Shown: piece by piece, positions 60,504 through 64,000 of the stretch
Layout: the number at the start of each line of letters is the position of its first letter
Position numbering within the stretch: position 1 is the stretch's first letter
Source: a bacterium
Lineage (GTDB): Bacteria > Zhuqueibacterota > Zhuqueibacteria > Residuimicrobiales > Krinioviventaceae
DNA length: 64,000 bases
Direction of reading: 5' to 3'
NCBI GenBank assembly: GCA_963674595.2
Contig: CAXXFV010000013.1
Location: 21,261 to 85,260, forward strand
Translations under genes and position numbers: made by a program
Notes under the pieces: generated by a model
The model's input: the letters and a program-made list of their open reading frames with translations, nothing else
The model's database searches: none
Told to the model about the DNA's origin: nothing

Positions 60504-61100
60504 TTAATAACAATAATAATACCATTGATCGTCAATTTTTTTTAGTTTTTTAGTAGAATGAAAATATCCATTTTTAAATCTTTTGGCAAACAATTCTATA
60601 TATTTCTCCGGGACATAAATTAAACCCGACGAATGATCTCTCTTTCGATCAATCTCAAAATAAACAGATTCTTTTTCCGTTCTCATGTAATCAATTTCAT
60701 TTTCATATAAAAACGACAACCATTTATATAATTCATCCACACTCAAGTTATGCTGCTTCTCAAACCAGGATAAATCTGAACGAACAGGCGGGCGATGATT
60801 TCCGTTCATCCAAATATTAAACTCTATATTATCTGAATGTTTTAACATGTCCATTAAATTAATATTTATACTCGTACATTTATAACCTTCTATAAAAAAA
60901 GTCTTTTTATTTTTATCAAGCAGGCTAATACAATAAATTTTACGTTGATTACAATAATCATCTGCTGTTGCTTCCAAAACAACTCTGTTCTTATCTATCT
61001 TTTCTTTAAATATTTGATACTCGTAATCCTTTTCAAAATATTTACAACAACATATCGGAACAATTATTAACAAAATCCTGACAATGTTTCTATTTTGCAT
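60504..61100 (-). CDS. Hypothetical exported protein or lipoprotein
   Basis: Hydrophobic N-terminus ending in CCC; C-terminal GLIYVP...KKIDDQWYYY. Confidence 0.65.
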   Translation of the reverse strand: MQNRNIVRILLIIVPICCCKYFEKDYEYQIFKEKIDKNRVVLEATADDYCNQRKIYCISLLDKNKKTFFIEGYKCTSININLMDMLKHSDNIEFNIWMNGNHRPPVRSDLSWFEKQHNLSVDELYKWLSFLYENEIDYMRTEKESVYFEIDRKRDHSSGLIYVPEKYIELFAKRFKNGYFHSTKKLKKIDDQWYYYCY

Positions 61101-61199
61101 TTTTAAAATCTCCCAATACCCTGGTTGCAGATCAGATTAATCTTTTGAACCCAGCATGTTCACCAGGATTGTGTTGATGGGTGTGGCCGTATCACGGAC

Positions 61200-61769
61200 C
61201 TAAGCGATCCATAACATTAATGATTTTGCAATTTTCCATCCGCTGCTGTCTTTTTTAAGCATGATAAGCTGGCCGGCTGCACTTAAAGGGGCTGAAAAAT
61301 CTGTAAAATAAACCAGTCCCTGATCCCTCAGGATATTAAAACCAACCTGTGAAAAATGAATCAGCGCATAAGCATTTGGATGTAATTCTTTCCATTGGTT
61401 TGCATTTTCTTCATCAATTAAATAACATGTAACTTCCAGGTTTGGTATACCCATTAATTCAATTTTATTTTGATTTTTGGCAAGATAATCTTGTATAGTA
61501 CTATTCTGCAAATCAGGAAAATGTTCTTTGATATAATCAATTTCATCTGAAATATCATAGAATAACGTAGAATCACCTAAAACAAACACAGGATTAGCAC
61601 TATCTTTGTGTAAATTTAAAGCGGCGGTGTAAACAAAATAATCCAGAGTATTGCCGGTCTCTTTGGTTTCTATAATTCCGGTAATATCGTCCTTATCCCG
61701 TTCGCAATTAAACAACATTGTTAAACTGACGATCAATAATAATGTTAACAAAAATAATCGTTTTAACAT
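61200..61769 (-). CDS. Hypothetical lipoprotein
   Basis: MLFNC lipobox-like; FSQVGFN...GLVY...MLKK...WKI C-terminal motif; start at 61769 by RBS. Confidence 0.7.
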   Translation of the reverse strand: MLKRLFLLTLLLIVSLTMLFNCERDKDDITGIIETKETGNTLDYFVYTAALNLHKDSANPVFVLGDSTLFYDISDEIDYIKEHFPDLQNSTIQDYLAKNQNKIELMGIPNLEVTCYLIDEENANQWKELHPNAYALIHFSQVGFNILRDQGLVYFTDFSAPLSAAGQLIMLKKDSSGWKIAKSLMLWIA

Positions 61770-61913
61770 GACTGTTCCCTCCATTATCTATGATATAAAA
61801 TAATTTTAACAGATTTCTATATCCACAACACAAACCGCCGGGTGTGCAGCATATTTCGGGGTAAATACCCCGGTGAATTGGCGGGGCCGGATTATGGACC
61901 TAGCCTGCTAATT

Positions 61914-62510
61914 TCATTTTTTATCAACCCAATAACACTTGTATTTTGTAAATGTACTATTCTCTTTTTTAAAATGAAATTCAAATTTCCATTCTCCGCG
62001 TTTCCCATCAATAAAACTGTTAAAACCATACGGATAATCAACAAATCCGTCTTTTTGGATCAGTTGATGAAATAAAAACCTGGATTTGTATAAAGAAGGA
62101 TGTATGACAATGATTGAATCCAGCATAATTTCATCATATAAAAAATGGCTCTGAAAATGCAAGGCAACGCTGTCAACATCATAATAATGAATTCGATATC
62201 CCATAAGAATTTTCGAGCTGATCAAGGTAATATCAAGTTCTTTAGTTTGATTTTTACCCAGAACAACGTTAACAAGCGTGTCTTCATAACTTGCATGAAA
62301 TAGTTTAATATCATAATTACCATCAGGCATATTCTCAATTACAAATGGTGTTTTTTTATCAATATATTTGTTATTTAAAATAATACCTGCTCCTTCAGGA
62401 GTCGACGTTATTGAAATTTTGCCTTGATTTTCATTTTCACTGTCTGCCGGATTTTTAGAACAGGAAAAACAAATAAACATGACAAGCAAACAGACAACAT
62501 TTTTTTTCAT
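61914..62510 (-). CDS. PEGA-domain lipoprotein
   Basis: CFSC lipobox; GKISITSTPEGAGIILN...KTP...GNYDIKL. Confidence 0.85.
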   Translation of the reverse strand: MKKNVVCLLVMFICFSCSKNPADSENENQGKISITSTPEGAGIILNNKYIDKKTPFVIENMPDGNYDIKLFHASYEDTLVNVVLGKNQTKELDITLISSKILMGYRIHYYDVDSVALHFQSHFLYDEIMLDSIIVIHPSLYKSRFLFHQLIQKDGFVDYPYGFNSFIDGKRGEWKFEFHFKKENSTFTKYKCYWVDKK

Positions 62511-63010
62511 ACTGGCCCCATAATTTTAGTTATTTTTGGTCTTCCAGGGATTTCTACCCCCCGGACGAATTAACGAAAGTGCCTGGCCCTCCTATATAAA
62601 ACATTTCTTATTTATGGTTGTAATGTATAAAAACGTTTCTACGCCCACTCTTCAACTCCGCTTGGCGTCCGCTTCAAGTCCGGTCCTTGAGCAAAACCCG
62701 GGCGGTCCTTGAGCGGAGTCGAAAGGCCGCTCAGGGTGACACCCGCCAACAGCGAAGGGTGACACCCGCTCGCCTTACCCTCTCACAATGTTCACAAAGC
62801 TCACAAAGGATGATTTAAATTGTTATTTCCTTGTGCACGGAGTGTGCTTTGTGTGCCTTGTGAGCTTTGTGAGGGTTTGAATAAGCCAGGGCATCTTGCC
62901 CTGATCCGTTCTCAAATAACAGGCGCATATTAATAATTAAACCTCGGTTTATCGGGTTAGGTTCCCCGCCTGATTCGCGCGTTGGGAAACATTTTCAGGG
63001 GCGTGAATAA

Positions 63011-63715
63011 TTAAAAAGTTCGTTTACATGCAGCAGTACAATCAAGTCCCTCTGGACATTTTTCATACTCCCAAATAACATCAAATAAACGCGTTAGGGC
63101 GTTATACATATCATCATTTGTACCATATTTAAAAATCCGACTTTCTAACCCATCTTTATTTGTTTCATACGGTGTAAAATATGCAACTCGTTCAGTTATT
63201 ACAATCCTACCAATATGCGGTGTGTTAAAACATTTTATTTTGATTTTTTTGGATGTATCATGATTTATAATAGAATTTTGCGTCTCTAAAATGTCGTTTT
63301 TTAAATTACCTCTATATGCTTTACTGGCAGTTTCTAATTCAGATTGCCTGTGGGCAGTCCAATCAGTTTCATCTGAAGTAAAGATTGTTCTAGGCAATAG
63401 AATACGAATTGAGTCTTTGTTCTTGCTGTTTTCATAAATTTCTTGAAATTTGGGACCTTTTCTCAAGTCTAATCCTCTTCCGGTTAGTATAGCAATATTT
63501 TTTGCTTTTTTTAATTCTATTTGCAAGTCTTCTACAACATCTTCCGAATTTTTAAATATATTTTTTATCTCAATGCCAAGGACTTTTCCTAAAATGTTAG
63601 AAACTATTTTTTTTCCTGATTTTTTTACAAACAAATCTGAAATAGCCTTTATAATAAAATATGCAATTAAGGAAGCTAATATTCCCATGATGAGTGCCAT
63701 CTGCCATTTTTCCAT
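63011..63715 (-). CDS. N-terminal TM plus PLD-like (DUF5919-type) domain protein
   Basis: TM helix, then IAILTGRG, IRILL, RIVIT...YFTPY, FDVIWE pattern; no HKD motif. Confidence 0.5.
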   Translation of the reverse strand: MEKWQMALIMGILASLIAYFIIKAISDLFVKKSGKKIVSNILGKVLGIEIKNIFKNSEDVVEDLQIELKKAKNIAILTGRGLDLRKGPKFQEIYENSKNKDSIRILLPRTIFTSDETDWTAHRQSELETASKAYRGNLKNDILETQNSIINHDTSKKIKIKCFNTPHIGRIVITERVAYFTPYETNKDGLESRIFKYGTNDDMYNALTRLFDVIWEYEKCPEGLDCTAACKRTF

Positions 63716-64000
63716 TTTCACTCCAAATTTATTATAGTATTTTTATTTTAATTTTTAAAAATTTACATGAATAGGTTAAGGCTAATCCTAAAATTACTTT
63801 TCCAAGGCGTTAAATAAAAAGTTGAATTGGCAATTCATGAATTGCCCTTCCTGTCATCCCGAGCGGAGTCGAAAGGCCGCTCAGGGTGCCACCACCAACA
63901 GCGAAGGGCAAAAGGCTCGCCTTCATCTCTCACAATGTTCACAAAGCTCACAAAGGATGATTAAAATTGTTATTTCTTTGTGTGCCTTGTGAGCTTTGTG

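Noticed and set aside
41016-64000. Classical integron or CALIN array
   Set aside because: No tyrosine recombinase in the window. I could not pair RYYYAAC and GTTRRRY boxes around the genes; isolated GTTATAC motifs upstream of 38835 and 57952 lack matching downstream sites.
1-64000. tRNA or rRNA genes, prophage, RAYT/TnpA-REP gene
   Set aside because: No cloverleaf or rRNA signatures, phage structural genes or HUH-Tyr transposase motifs were recognised by eye. A tRNAscan or HMM run would be needed for certainty.

Overview
An AT-rich bacterial chromosome segment. The host is probably an FCB-group or Calditrichota/KSB1-like organism, inferred from five secreted proteins ending in a YPNPFN-type C-terminal sorting (FlgD-Ig/T9SS-like) domain. 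The first ~41 kb carry signalling genes (partial GGDEF cyclase, a sigma54-type REC-HisKA_2/CheW/MCP operon, a 10-PAS kinase), metabolic and housekeeping genes (pirin, Lnt, phosphoketolase, HtpX, dodecin, M48-TerB, TauE/rhodanese, an HU plus HU-TM-LysM pair) and modular surface proteins. From 41 to 64 kb, 19 mostly orphan genes (lipoproteins, TIR, NDT-like, PD-(D/E)XK, ankyrin-MBL, RDD, TPR, PEGA, Imm58-like) all lie on the minus strand, interrupted by one IS1182 element. The most striking content is intergenic. (1) Nearly every spacer is a mosaic of about 10 families of short hairpin (REP/REPIN-like) modules, almost always in the same orientation, and one module repeatedly abuts stop codons in an attC-like position. 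(2) A promoter-coupled structured 5' leader RNA occurs six times with compensatory stem changes and is a candidate new RNA motif. (3) The IS1182 copy has precisely replaced the hairpin of one repeat module. No integrase, RAYT, reverse transcriptase, CRISPR array, rRNA or tRNA was recognised. Protein family calls are from motif recognition by eye, not database searches.
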